Positions 30,581-41,384 of a DNA stretch of 64,000 nt are shown here, one piece after another. A program made the position numbers and the translations under genes. The notes below the pieces were generated by a model, which ran no database searches, was not told the origin of the DNA, and was given only the letters and a program-made list of their open reading frames with translations. Position 1 is the stretch's first letter. Every line of letters starts with the position of its first letter. This DNA comes from an uncultured Nitrospiraceae bacterium (GTDB lineage: Bacteria; Nitrospirota; Thermodesulfovibrionia; Thermodesulfovibrionales; SM23-35), in assembly GCA_963718855.1 (NCBI GenBank), contig CAVRAA010000002.1, positions 50,225 through 114,224 of the forward strand, given 5' to 3'.

Positions 30581-31594
30581 GTGGAGGAAATCCTTTCTCT
30601 TAAACAGTCCTTCCTGAATGATGCGGAATCAACCGCATCCCTCTCCGACCTCCAGCATTTGAAGTTGAAATATCTAGGGAAAAAGGGTCTTGTGACTGCA
30701 AAACTCAAGGCTCTTTCCTCAGTCCCTCCTGAAGAAAAACCCGCATACGGCAAGGCCGTCAATGAAATCAAAGGGTTTATCGATGAAGAGATTGTCAGGA
30801 GAGAGGCTGCGCTCAAACAGAAAGATCACGAAAAACGCATCCTCTCAGATGCGATTGACATCACGCTGCCGGGCAAGTTTACTCCCTTCGGCAAAGAGCA
30901 TCCGATTACCCAGGTATTGTCGGAAATAACCGCCATCTTTGTTTCGATGGGGTTCGGCATCGAGGAAGGCCCGGAAGTCGAGCACGACTATTATAATTTT
31001 GAAGCACTGAATATGCCCAAAAACCATCCTGCAAGGGACATGCAGGACACCTTCTACATATCCGACGATATTGTCATGCGCACGCACACTTCGCCTGTTC
31101 AGATTCGCGTTATGGAACAAAGGAAGCCGCCGTTGAAAGTGATCGCCCCCGGGAAGGTCTACCGGTGCGACGCGGATGTTTCCCATACTCCCATGTTCCA
31201 CCAGGTTGAAGGGTTCATGGTCGACACAGATATCGCTTTCAGCGACCTCAAAGGAGTGCTGGAGCTTTTTATCCACAGCATGTTCAGCGCTGAGACTCCT
31301 GTGAGGTTCAGGCCGAGTTTTTTCCCGTTTACCGAACCGAGCGCAGAGGTGGATATCGGCTGTATTTTCTGTTCGGGAAAAGGATGCAGGGTATGCAAGC
31401 ACACGGGGTGGCTTGAGATACTGGGCGCGGGGATGATCAATCCGAGGGTCTTCGAATTCGCCGGGTATGCCCCCGGCATGTATTCCGGTTTCGCCTTCGG
31501 CATGGGGGTCGAGCGGATCACCATGCTCAAGTATTCGATTGATGACATACGGCTGTTCTACGAAAACGACCTGCGGTTTCTGCGTCAATTCTGA
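30581..31594 (+). CDS. pheS: phenylalanine--tRNA ligase alpha subunit
   Basis: HPARDMQDTF, RTHTSPVQ, FHQVEG, RPSFFPFTEPS, GFAFGMGVER. Confidence 0.97.
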   Translation: MEEILSLKQSFLNDAESTASLSDLQHLKLKYLGKKGLVTAKLKALSSVPPEEKPAYGKAVNEIKGFIDEEIVRREAALKQKDHEKRILSDAIDITLPGKFTPFGKEHPITQVLSEITAIFVSMGFGIEEGPEVEHDYYNFEALNMPKNHPARDMQDTFYISDDIVMRTHTSPVQIRVMEQRKPPLKVIAPGKVYRCDADVSHTPMFHQVEGFMVDTDIAFSDLKGVLELFIHSMFSAETPVRFRPSFFPFTEPSAEVDIGCIFCSGKGCRVCKHTGWLEILGAGMINPRVFEFAGYAPGMYSGFAFGMGVERITMLKYSIDDIRLFYENDLRFLRQF

Positions 31595-31623
31595 GCGAAT
31601 TATTCGAGCAAAAGTCCTATTCT

Positions 31624-31723
31624 GGTAGCCGCAGGCTTTCCGCCCCGGCGGATCGCTGAGGTGATAGCCTGCGTTTGTAAGGCACTGAAAAAAGAAAACA
31701 CACAAACTAAAGTTTGCGGCTAC
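31624..31723. repeat. GTAG-type REP doublet
   Basis: GTAGCCGCAGGCT...AGCCTGCG ... CAAACTAAAGTTTGCGGCTAC. Confidence 0.7.
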
Positions 31724-31763
31724 AATAATAGGTTTTTCTCCGCTGACAGGGTAAGATAATATC

Positions 31764-32576
31764 ATGGTCGAATTCATTCAACAGTTTCATCCTGTAGTAC
31801 AGGCATTGCTGGCCACCTGTTTTACCTGGTTTCTCACCGCTCTCGGCGCTTCAGGCGTCCTCTTCGCAAAAGAGATCAACAAGAAGGTGCTCGACGCGAT
31901 GCTCGGCTTTGCCGCGGGAGTCATGATCGCAGCCAGTTTCTGGTCTCTGCTCGCTCCGGCAATCGAGATGTCCGAGGGCAAGGATATCCCTGTCTGGGTT
32001 CCGGCTGCAGCCGGGTTTCTTTTTGGCGGTCTGTTTTTGAGGATGATCGACAAGGTTCTCCCTCACCTGCATCTTGGCTTTCCGATGGAAGAGGCCGAAG
32101 GTGTGAAAACAAACTGGAAGCGAAGCACGCTGCTTATTCTCGCAATAACATTGCACAACATCCCTGAAGGCCTGGCAGTAGGAGTTGCCTTTGGCGCTGT
32201 CGCCGCAGGCATTCCTTCTGCTACATTGCCGGGGGCGATTGCCCTGGCAGTCGGGATAGGGATTCAGAATTTTCCCGAAGGGCTCGCGGTCTCAATGCCG
32301 CTGCGCCGTGAGGGCATGTCCCGCTTAAAAAGTCTCTGGTACGGACAATTATCCGCAGTCGTCGAACCGATTGCCGGTGTTATCGGCGCCGCGGCTGTTA
32401 TTGTCGCCCAGCCATTGCTCCCTTATGCCTTGTCTTTTGCCGCAGGCGCCATGATATTCGTTGTCGTCGAGGAACTCGTCCCGGAGTCGCAGAGAGGGGG
32501 TAATACCGATTTGGCGACCGGGGGGGCAATGATCGGTTTTGCAGCGATGATGGTGCTTGATGTCGCGTTTGGGTGA
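31764..32576 (+). CDS. ZIP family metal transporter (ZupT/GufA-like)
   Basis: [35 protein letters not shown]. Confidence 0.92.
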   Translation: MVEFIQQFHPVVQALLATCFTWFLTALGASGVLFAKEINKKVLDAMLGFAAGVMIAASFWSLLAPAIEMSEGKDIPVWVPAAAGFLFGGLFLRMIDKVLPHLHLGFPMEEAEGVKTNWKRSTLLILAITLHNIPEGLAVGVAFGAVAAGIPSATLPGAIALAVGIGIQNFPEGLAVSMPLRREGMSRLKSLWYGQLSAVVEPIAGVIGAAAVIVAQPLLPYALSFAAGAMIFVVVEELVPESQRGGNTDLATGGAMIGFAAMMVLDVAFG

Positions 32577-32638
32577 AAAGGGTTTTCCTGCCAGTGGCAT
32601 ACTAATCGGATAGTTCGCGATGAAAAAACTATGAAATG

Positions 32639-32889
32639 TTAAGAAAGGAGTAACTTTTCCTGTCTGAGACCCAGAGAAGCTATTATTTCAAAATCACTGT
32701 CTACATGCAAAACAACAGCTTTATCAGAAGCTGCTGCAGCGATAAAAAGATCTGTCGTCGATACGGTTTTCCCTTTTCTGTCCAGCGCGTATCCCCATTG
32801 TGCCGCCTTTTCAACGACCTCATCTTTCATCGGAATTTGCGGCAGGGACAGTATGGTTTCCTTCAGGGTTTTAAACAGCCTGTCATCCT
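32639..32889 (-). pseudogene. 5'-truncated PIN/VapC toxin remnant
   Basis: C-terminal PIN motifs TTDLFIAAAA...LHVDSDF; the frame runs back only to the stop codon of the CysRS-like gene; N-terminal half absent. Confidence 0.65.
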
Positions 32890-34106
32890 TAAAAAATCAC
32901 CTTGAGAACCCCGTCAATTTCCCTGAGGGTCTTTATGATCCCTGCGGCCTCAGCAGGCTTCAAATCATCCGGCTTTATCTCCGCTATAGCGCTGCATATA
33001 CCGTCGAAGGCTTTTTTTACATTGAGATCATCGTCCAGATTTTCGCCAAATGCCTTCTCGATCTTTTCACCAAAGGAACTTCCCATCCCCGATTTTCCGG
33101 CTGACTTTCTGTTGATTTTTTTTACGCATCGTTTAAGGGTTCTCAGTTTATTTACGGTCAATCGCATCAGCGGGTCCGAATAGTTCAGCTTTTCCCGGTA
33201 ATGGCCGTAGATGAGGAAAAAACGTATTTCCGACAGGGTATACCCAAGCTCGCGAAGATTGTCAACGTACACAATATTCCCCCTGCTCTTTGACATCTTC
33301 TGGCCGTTCATGTGGAGGTGTTCGCAATGGAGCCAGTACCGTGCCATCGGGTACGGCCTCACTGATTCGATGATCGCCAGGGTATAATCGTGATGCCGGT
33401 AGAGGTTGTCGATGCCGCCGCAGTAAATCGAAAGGGTTTCATGAAAATGGCTGCTGATCATGCTCGGGTCCTGCACATTCCACGATGGCCTCCCCCTGCC
33501 GATCCGTGTATCCCAGTAATGCGCGTCTCCCGTCCGGTATCCGTGCCAGAGGATGAAATCACCAAGATTCCACTGCATTCCCGGATAGGTATCCTTATGG
33601 AACCTTTTCGTTCTGGAAGGCCACCTCGACATATCAAGGCCGTAGAGTTTTCCGAACCCCGGGAACTTGAGTGGGTCGAAATAGACATTCCCGTTGTGCC
33701 AATAGGCGATCTTTAATGTGAGGAGACGCTCTATGATTTTTACAGCCTCGTTGACGCACTCCGAGGCCTTCGGAAGGTAGGCGGGAATATTCATCTCCAG
33801 GGCCTTCATCTCGCTGATAAATGCCCTGATATTTTTTTCCGTCAGACGCTTGACGGTAGTCCTCTGCTTTTTGGCTTCCTGAATGGACTTGTCTTCTATA
33901 TCGGTCAGGTTCATGCCCCTCTGTACCGGATAGCCGGCGTAGATGAGATACCGTACGAGAATATCTTCAAACAGGAAGGTCCTGAAATTGCCGATATGCG
34001 CCTTCTGGTAGACCGAAGGGCCGCACGTAAAAACAGTGACTCCCTTTTTTTTCACCGGACGGAATGTCTCGAACCTTTTTCCGAGGGTATTAAATAGTCT
34101 CAGCAT
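32889..34106 (-). CDS. divergent, C-terminally short cysteinyl-tRNA synthetase paralog (class I)
   Basis: MLRLFNTL, TCGPSVY, HIGN, TDIEDK, DFILW, GRPSW, KMSKS, HYR; ~405 aa. Confidence 0.85.
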   Translation of the reverse strand: MLRLFNTLGKRFETFRPVKKKGVTVFTCGPSVYQKAHIGNFRTFLFEDILVRYLIYAGYPVQRGMNLTDIEDKSIQEAKKQRTTVKRLTEKNIRAFISEMKALEMNIPAYLPKASECVNEAVKIIERLLTLKIAYWHNGNVYFDPLKFPGFGKLYGLDMSRWPSRTKRFHKDTYPGMQWNLGDFILWHGYRTGDAHYWDTRIGRGRPSWNVQDPSMISSHFHETLSIYCGGIDNLYRHHDYTLAIIESVRPYPMARYWLHCEHLHMNGQKMSKSRGNIVYVDNLRELGYTLSEIRFFLIYGHYREKLNYSDPLMRLTVNKLRTLKRCVKKINRKSAGKSGMGSSFGEKIEKAFGENLDDDLNVKKAFDGICSAIAEIKPDDLKPAEAAGIIKTLREIDGVLKVIF

Positions 34107-34232
34107 CGCTCTTTCTCCTGTTCTGCTATCATATAAGTTTATCACAGCAGCATGGTATAAGATTGTTTTTAAAGGTATTTCTGGTAAAATTACAGAAGAG
34201 TTCAGGGTGATAAACCGACGAAGGTGGTTTAG

Positions 34233-34685
34233 GTGCGAGACGATACTATCCTGTTGCGATGCGGCAATTGCGGAGTGGTGAACAGACTGCCTGAGAGCAG
34301 ACTGCCGGAGCACCCGAAATGCGGAAAATGCAGAAACGTTCTGGAGTTTGCCAGAATGCCGCTCGATGTAACATCATCGAATTTCGACCGGGAGGTCCTC
34401 GGATGGCCCGGGTCAGTGCTGGTTATGTTCTGGGCGCCATGGTGCGGACATTGCCGGACGATCATGCCGGTCATCGATGATATGGCGCACAGAAGGGCAG
34501 GGCGATTGAAAGTATGCAGGGTGAATGTCGATAACGAATCTGCCATCTCCGGGCGTTTTCAGATTCGGGCAACTCCAACGTTTTTTCTCTACAGGAATGG
34601 AAACAAAATCAGCGACATCGCCGGCGCCATGCCGGGATCACAGCTTGAGGCATGGATTGACGCTTCGCTGTTAGGTGCGTGTTAA
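34233..34685 (+). CDS. trxC: thioredoxin 2 with N-terminal zinc finger
   Basis: CGNCGVVNR...CGKC zinc finger; WAPWCGHC active site. Confidence 0.85.
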   Translation: MRDDTILLRCGNCGVVNRLPESRLPEHPKCGKCRNVLEFARMPLDVTSSNFDREVLGWPGSVLVMFWAPWCGHCRTIMPVIDDMAHRRAGRLKVCRVNVDNESAISGRFQIRATPTFFLYRNGNKISDIAGAMPGSQLEAWIDASLLGAC

Positions 34686-34737
34686 ATTTAATAGAAAAAA
34701 TGATTATTCTGTGAGGCTTTTGCAAAAGTCCAGCACT

Positions 34738-34803
34738 GGTAGTCCAGGCTTCAGCCTGCGTTTGTAAGGCACTGAAAACAGCAAAAACACGCAAACTAAA
34801 GTT
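34738..34803. repeat. GTAG-type REP copy
   Basis: GTAGTCCAGGCTTCAGCCTGCG plus spacer shared with the 31624 copy (tttgtaaggcactgaaaa...caaactaaagtt). Confidence 0.7.
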
Positions 34804-34812
34804 ATCACTGGG

Positions 34813-35884
34813 CTATCGAGATAGCCTTCGATTAAAAAATCTTCTCCGACCCGGCGGATTTTTGTGTCTTTGAGCCTGTAGGCATCTTCGAGTTTTCTGA
34901 AGGTTTTTCCTCCTACTGAAGGAAAGGAATCCCTGCCCCCGATGATCTTTGGGAGCGATGAAGAACATTACCTTGTCGACGATGCCGTCTTCGAGGGCGT
35001 GGGCATTGAGCGACGAACCGCCTTCGATAAGCACCGATGTAATCTCCATTTTGCCGAGGGTCTCCATCAGCCATCCGAGATCGAGTTTGTCACTATAATG
35101 GATAATCCTGATCCCCGCACTTTTCGAGTTGCTCGCTTTTCTCATCGCGTTCTTTCGTGACGATGAGTGTCGGAGGAGGCGTCTGGAGGATTTTCGCATG
35201 GAGCGGAATCTCAAGGTTCGGATCGATTACGATCCTGAGCGGACTCTTTCCTTTTTTCATCCTGACCGTCAGTTGAGGATCATCTGCTTTTACCGTCCCG
35301 ATGGCGGTCATGATGGCATCAACATGGCTCCGGAGCGTATGGACTTTCTTCCTTGCCTGTTCCCCTGTTATCCATTTTGACTGGCCTTCCGGGGTCGCAA
35401 TCTTGCCGTCAAGGGTCATGGCGACCTTGAGCGTTACAAAAGGTTTTTTGGTCGTGATGTATTTCGTGTAGGCTTCATTCAGCTTCTTCGCCTCGTTTTC
35501 AAGAATCCCCGATGTTACCTCTATTCCTGCGTCCTGCAGTTCCGCGATGCCTTTTCCCGAAACTTTCGGGTTCGGGTCGGTCATCCCGATAACGACTCTC
35601 TTAATGCCGGCGTGAATGATCGTCTTTGCGCAGGGAGGGGTCCTCTTTTCGGTATGGCAGCACGGTTCGAGATTGACATAGAGCGTCGAGCCTTTTGCCT
35701 CCTCGCCCGCTGTCGCAATTGCAAGGGCCTCGGCATGGAGGGTCCCGGGCTTTCTGTGGTAATCCTCAGACAGGATTATCCCGTTTTTTACGATCACGGC
35801 CCCGACCATCGGGTTGGGGCTTGTCATCCCCTGTGCCCGTGCGGCAAGTCTGAGCGTGCGCCTTATATACCATGCGTCGTTCAT
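34813..35884 (-). CDS. ribD: riboflavin biosynthesis deaminase/reductase, two frameshifts
   Basis: PNPMVG, HAE, LEPCCH...PPC, TLDGKIA, SKWIT, LIEGG across frames. Confidence 0.9.
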
Positions 35885-35971
35885 GGATATGTAGAATATC
35901 ATAAATTTTTTGAATAATAACGAATAAAATGAATTTGTTTATTCTCTTTCTTTTGCTATAATATCAATAAT

Positions 35972-36370
35972 ATGAATAATCAGATATGGTTGCCATTGAT
36001 AGGGATTGCGGTAATTGTGACTGCGGGTTTTGTTGTCCTGCTTATTATCGACCTGAGAAAGACTCTGCGTTCCGTCGATCTCCTTTTAAAAACAACTGAA
36101 GAGTCCCTGAAACCAACCCTTGACGAACTTCAGCAGACGTTAAAAAGCCTGAGAAACGTTTCGGATGATATTAACGAAGTGACGACCGATATTAAAACGT
36201 TATCAGGATCGGTCAGGGACGTGGGAATGAATATCAGGGGTGTCAGTGATCTGATAGCAGATGTGACTTCTTCCACAGTCATTCAAGCCTCTGGCTTGAA
36301 AGCCGGGATCAGAGCAGGCGCCGGGGTTTTACTGAGTAATCTTTTTTCCAAAATAGGAGGCAATAAATGA
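35972..36370 (+). CDS. DUF948-like membrane coiled-coil protein
   Basis: N-terminal TM then heptad helix; paired with YtxH gene. Confidence 0.7.
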   Translation: MNNQIWLPLIGIAVIVTAGFVVLLIIDLRKTLRSVDLLLKTTEESLKPTLDELQQTLKSLRNVSDDINEVTTDIKTLSGSVRDVGMNIRGVSDLIADVTSSTVIQASGLKAGIRAGAGVLLSNLFSKIGGNK

Positions 36371-36687
36371 GAGAAGAATGCGGTTACGGTTCAGGAGGGA
36401 TTGTCCTTTCTTTTTTACTCGGCGGCATCGTCGGTGCGGGTTTTGCCCTGCTCCTCGCTCCCCAGTCAGGCCGTGAGACGAGGCAGAAGATACGGGAGCT
36501 TACCGAAGATGTTAAGGGAAAGACGATGGATTACGTGGGAGAAGTGAAGGAAAAAGTAACCGGCGGCATTGATAAAGGTAAGGAATTTTACGAAGACAAG
36601 AAAACCATGGTAACCTCTGCTATCGAGGCGGGCAAAGAGGCCTACGAACGGGAAAAAGAGAGGTTGTCCAAAGAACCGAATGCATGA
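36367..36687 (+). CDS. YtxH domain protein
   Basis: FLLGGIVGAGFALLLAPQSGRETRQKI. Confidence 0.88.
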   Translation: MREECGYGSGGIVLSFLLGGIVGAGFALLLAPQSGRETRQKIRELTEDVKGKTMDYVGEVKEKVTGGIDKGKEFYEDKKTMVTSAIEAGKEAYEREKERLSKEPNA

Positions 36688-37025
36688 AGTCTCTATCGCC
36701 CAGGGTTTACTTGAAATAGCTATCGATAATTGTAAAAAGCATGGGTATCAAAGCATTGATTCGATCAAAGCCAAAGTAGGGAAAGCTTCGGGTATTGTGC
36801 CCGATTCCCTCCTTTTCGCGTTTGAGGCATTAAAACAAGACACCATCGCCGGGAACGCTACCCTGATCGATAGAAGAAATTCCTGTCGGCGGTTTTTGCG
36901 ACAGCTGCAAAAAGCATTTCACAGTTGATGAGGCGTATGTTATAGCATGCCCCATCTGCGGAAGCTCATCTTTCAAGATAGAAACAGGACGTGAATTAAA
37001 TGTCGACGAGGTGGAGGTATCCTGA
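36680..37025 (+). CDS. hypA: hydrogenase nickel metallochaperone, frameshift near 36870
   Basis: MHEVSIA, VPDSLLFAF; CDSC and CPICGS, GRELNV in the shifted frame. Confidence 0.9.
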
Positions 37026-37681
37026 TGAAGGTCAAGGTTGTTACCAATATACTGGAAGCCAATGACAGGCTTGCCATTGAAAACAGGAAGATATTCGACC
37101 AGGCCGGTGTCTATGTGATGAACGTGATGAGCGGGCCGGGAGCGGGTAAAACGTCACTCCTCGAGAGTACGATCAAAGACCTTAAAGGGAAATTGAAGAT
37201 CGGAGTTATCGAAGGTGATATTGCCGGCACCGATGATGCCCAGAGGATAGAGGCCCTCGGCATCCCTGTTGTTCAGATAAATACCGGCGGCGGATGCCAT
37301 CTTGACGCGAACATGATTTATGAAGTGCTCGGCGAATTGCCGATCAAAGACCTCGACCTGCTTATCATCGAAAATGTCGGCAACCTTGTATGCCCTGCTG
37401 AATTCAAGCTGGGAGAGGACATGAAGATAACGCTCCTCAGCATCGCCGAAGGACATGATAAACCGCTTAAGTATCCCCTGATGTTTCAGGAATCGTCTGC
37501 CCTTGTGCTGAATAAAATAGACCTTCTTCCCTATACGAATACTGATATTGGCAAGATACGGAAAGACTCTTTGTCCCTGAACCCGAATCTGAAGATATTC
37601 GAAGTTTCGTGCAGGACAGGCGAGGGGATAAGCGAATGGACGAAGTGGCTGCAGGCGCTGGTAAAGTCAGAACAAAGATAG
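37025..37681 (+). CDS. hypB: hydrogenase nickel incorporation GTPase
   Basis: SGPGAGKT, EGD, CHLDA, ENVGNLVCPA, DKPLKYP, NKIDL. Confidence 0.96.
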   Translation: MKVKVVTNILEANDRLAIENRKIFDQAGVYVMNVMSGPGAGKTSLLESTIKDLKGKLKIGVIEGDIAGTDDAQRIEALGIPVVQINTGGGCHLDANMIYEVLGELPIKDLDLLIIENVGNLVCPAEFKLGEDMKITLLSIAEGHDKPLKYPLMFQESSALVLNKIDLLPYTNTDIGKIRKDSLSLNPNLKIFEVSCRTGEGISEWTKWLQALVKSEQR

Positions 37682-40084
37682 CAGTCAAAGGCATCGTCCA
37701 GGGTGTCGGCTTCAGGCCATTCGTTTATAAGTTAGCAAAATCGCTGCAGCTCTGCGGTTATGTCATCAATTCATCCAAAGGGGTGACGATCGAGATAGAA
37801 GGCGACGGCAGCGCTGAATTTATTGACAGATTGACCAAGGAAGCGCCTCCCCTGTCACAGATAATGAGTATCGACATCATTCCCTTGCCGTATCTCGGCT
37901 ACACGGATTTTCAGATTAAAGAGAGCAGGGATGAAGGCAGTTTTACCCTCGTTTCAGCAGATGTTTCGATCTGCAAGGACTGCTTCGGGGAAATGCTCGA
38001 CAACAACGACAGGAGATATCTCTATCCCTTTATCAACTGTACGAACTGCGGCCCCCGGTATACGATTACAAAATCCGTTCCCTATGACAGACCGAATACC
38101 ACAATGTCTGTCTTTCGACTCTGTCCCGATTGCAAAAAAGAATATCACGATCCTGCGGACAGGAGATTCCATGCCCAGCCGAATGCGTGCCCTGTATGCG
38201 GGCCGCAGGTTGAGTTAAAAGTTACAAGTGAAAAGTTAAAAGTTAATAAAAAAGCGGATCCGATTGCAGAAACAATCAGGCTTGTTAAAAGAGGGAAAGA
38301 TTGTTGCCATCAAGGGACTGGGCGGATTCCATATCGCGTGCGACGCTGCGAATGAGAAAGCGGTCAGGAGGTTGCGCTCCGAAAAAAGGAGGAGCAACAA
38401 GCCCTTTGCCCTTATGTCCCCGGACATTGAGACGATCAGGAAATTCTGCAGAGTGTCTGAGGAGGAAGAGGCTGTTCTCGTATCGAACAGGAGGCCGATT
38501 GTTCTGCTCGAAAAACAGCAAAACAACCTCCCCGATGCTGTCTCGCCGCATAATCCGTGCATCGGCTTTATGCTACCCTATACGCCGCTGCATTATCTGC
38601 TGTTTTATTATCCGATGATTGAAAAGAATCGCAGGCTGAAGCCTGCGGCTACATCTTCCGAGATAGAGGGTGAATTTCGACGCCCTTGTTATGACAAGCG
38701 GCAATATTGCAGAGGAACCCATTGTTATCGATAATGATGAGGCCGTGTCGAAGCTGTCGGATATTGCCGATGCGTTTCTTCTCCATAACAGGGATATTTT
38801 CATGCGGGTTGATGATTCTGTCGTGAGGGTGATGGGTAGAAAAGCAGAAACGGAGACACGGAGAGACGGCAGATAGGGAGCATACAATATCTACCGCGTC
38901 CCCGCGTCCCATCGCTTACTCTTCCATATCCTTTATTCGCCGTTCAAGGGGATATGTGCCTGATCCGATTCCGCTTCATGACGAAGGCCCTGAAGTGCTC
39001 GGGTGCGGCGCGGATATTAAGAATATATTCACCCTTACAAAAGGGAGTTTTGCGATCCCGAGCCAGCATATAGGGGACATGGAGAACTATGAGACACTGC
39101 GGTTTTTCGAAGAGAGTCTGAAAAACCTGAAAGACGTTTACCGGGTGAATCCCGTAGCGCTTGCTCACGACCTCCATCCGATGTATCTGTCGACACAGTG
39201 GGCTTTACGGCAGGAGAATATAAAAAAAGTCGGGATCCAGCATCACTATGCCCATGTCGGATCTGTCATGGCTGAAAAGGGACTGAAGGATAAGGTCATC
39301 GGCATTTCATTCGACGGAACCGGCTACGGCGCTGACGGGAATCTCTGGGGAGCAGAATTCCTGATCGCCGATATAAAGGGTTTCAGGCGGGCAGGCCATT
39401 TTTCCTACGTTCCGCTCCCCGGCGGAGAAGTTGCGGTCAAAGAGCCGTGGAGGACTGTTGTCAGTTATATCAGGAAGATTGCGGGAGATGAGACAATCCC
39501 TTATCTTGAATCAATCGGCTTTGTGAAAAAGTACGGCGCTGACAGAATCAACGATCTCCTCAGGGTTATCGACATACGCCAGTTTTCCCCCCTGGCATCG
39601 AGCGCCGGAAGACTCTTTGATGCGGTCTCTGCACTGATAGAAGTATGCGATACGAATACGTTTGAGGGCGAAGCTGCGATCGCACTCGAGGCAGTTGCCA
39701 TGCCCGGGATTACTGATGACTATCCGGTTGATATCAAATTCAAAGAAATAATGGAGATCGATTTTTCCCATACCATCCTGAGAATCCTCAGCGACAGGGA
39801 GAAAAAAGTGGAGAAAGGCGTTATCTCCGCGAAATTCCATAATACTGTTATTGCCGTCTATCCTTAGGGTTGCCGAGAAGCTTGCGGCGCTGCATCGGCT
39901 GAAGGATGCAGTTCTGTGCGGCGGCGTATTTCAAAATATGTATCTCCTGCAAAGGACGGTTGAAGGGCTTCAGTCAAAAGGCTTGACGGTTCATATCCAC
40001 GACAAAGTGCCGACGAACGACGCCGGCGTGTCCCTCGGTCAGGCCTATATTCTCAGGGAGAGGATTAAGGCGGGAATTGATTAA
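37636..40084 (+). CDS. hypF: carbamoyltransferase, several frameshifts and repeat insertions
   Basis: GIVQGVGFRPF, NCTNCGPRY, RRFHAQPNACPVCGP, KGLGGFH, MTSGN, RRSRGY, HDLHP, QHHYAH, DGTGYG, SSAGRLFD, GGVFQN, PTNDAG. Confidence 0.92.
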
Positions 40085-40315
40085 CAGCAAGGGGCCAAGG
40101 GGTCGAGGGTTCAAGAGACTGGCAGAAATGTTAAATACTATAATTATAGTATTCTAAGAGATGTGAGACGGAGAGAGTTTTGACGGATTTTTTTGCCGAT
40201 AGTCAAATACTTTGTAATAAAGAGGCAAAAGCCTCGCAGGGAGGAACGACCGAGAATAGCGAAAAATCTTTCCGGCGTTTTGAAAAAATTACAATATATA
40301 CTAAAGGAGCGGAAA

Positions 40316-41383
40316 ATGAAAAATATCGTTGAAAAAATAAAACAACTCATGGATTCCATCGGGAAGCCGGTAAAGCTCATGGAGGTGTGCGGAACGCACA
40401 CAGTGGCGATCTTCAGGCACGGCATCAGAGACGTTATTCCGAAAGAGATAAGCCTTCTGAGCGGTCCCGGATGCCCTGTATGCGTCACCCCGATTAGAGA
40501 CGTCGATGCAGCTATAGCCATTGCACGGCGTGACGGGTGTCTCCTTACGACGTTCGGCGATATGATGAGGGTGCCGGGGAGCAAACAGTCCCTCTTTCAT
40601 GCCCAGGCTGAAGGCGCTCATATCACTATCGTCTATTCTCCCATGGATGCCTTAAGAATCGCCCAGGAAAATAAAGATAAAAATGTAGTATTTTTCGCAA
40701 CAGGATTTGAAACGACGTCACCTGCCATTGCAGGGACCCTCTTCGAGGCAGAGAGAACAGGGACGGATAATTTTTTTATCTATTCCGCTCACAAAACAGT
40801 GCCTGCGGCCCTGAAGGTCCTCCTCGATTCCCCTGACCTGAAGATCGACGGGTTCATTCTCCCCGGGCATGTAACCACGATTATAGGGACCCAGCCCTAT
40901 GAGTTTATTGCTTCCGATTATAAAATCCCTGCGGTTGTAACGGGTTTTGAGGCGGACGATATTCTGCGGGCTATCATGATGATCCTTGACCAGATCGCAT
41001 CCGGCAGGGCTGAGGTCGAAATTCAGTACACCAGGGTCGTAAAAAAAGAAGGCAATCCCAAGGCGATGTCTTTGATCAACAAATATTTCGAACCCTGCGA
41101 TGCCAATTGGAGAGGGATTGGCGTGATCCCCGGAAGCGGACTGAAATTAAGAGAGAGCGCTCATCGTTGGGACGCCACACGCGTCTTCAATCTCGAAATC
41201 CCTGATTCGCAGGAGCCGAAAGGGTGCCTGTGCGGACTCGTGCTCAGGGGCGTAAAAATTCCCACGGATTGTCGTTTATTCGGAAAAGGTTGCACCCCCG
41301 AACATCCCATTGGCGCTTGCATGGTGAGCACTGAAGGAAGCTGCGCCGCATATTACAAGTATTCAGGGGTAATCAAGCACTAA
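40316..41383 (+). CDS. hypD: hydrogenase formation protein
   Basis: MEVCGTHT, GPGCPVCV, GFETT, PGHV, CMVSTEGSC. Confidence 0.96.
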   Translation: MKNIVEKIKQLMDSIGKPVKLMEVCGTHTVAIFRHGIRDVIPKEISLLSGPGCPVCVTPIRDVDAAIAIARRDGCLLTTFGDMMRVPGSKQSLFHAQAEGAHITIVYSPMDALRIAQENKDKNVVFFATGFETTSPAIAGTLFEAERTGTDNFFIYSAHKTVPAALKVLLDSPDLKIDGFILPGHVTTIIGTQPYEFIASDYKIPAVVTGFEADDILRAIMMILDQIASGRAEVEIQYTRVVKKEGNPKAMSLINKYFEPCDANWRGIGVIPGSGLKLRESAHRWDATRVFNLEIPDSQEPKGCLCGLVLRGVKIPTDCRLFGKGCTPEHPIGACMVSTEGSCAAYYKYSGVIKH

Positions 41384-41384
41384 T

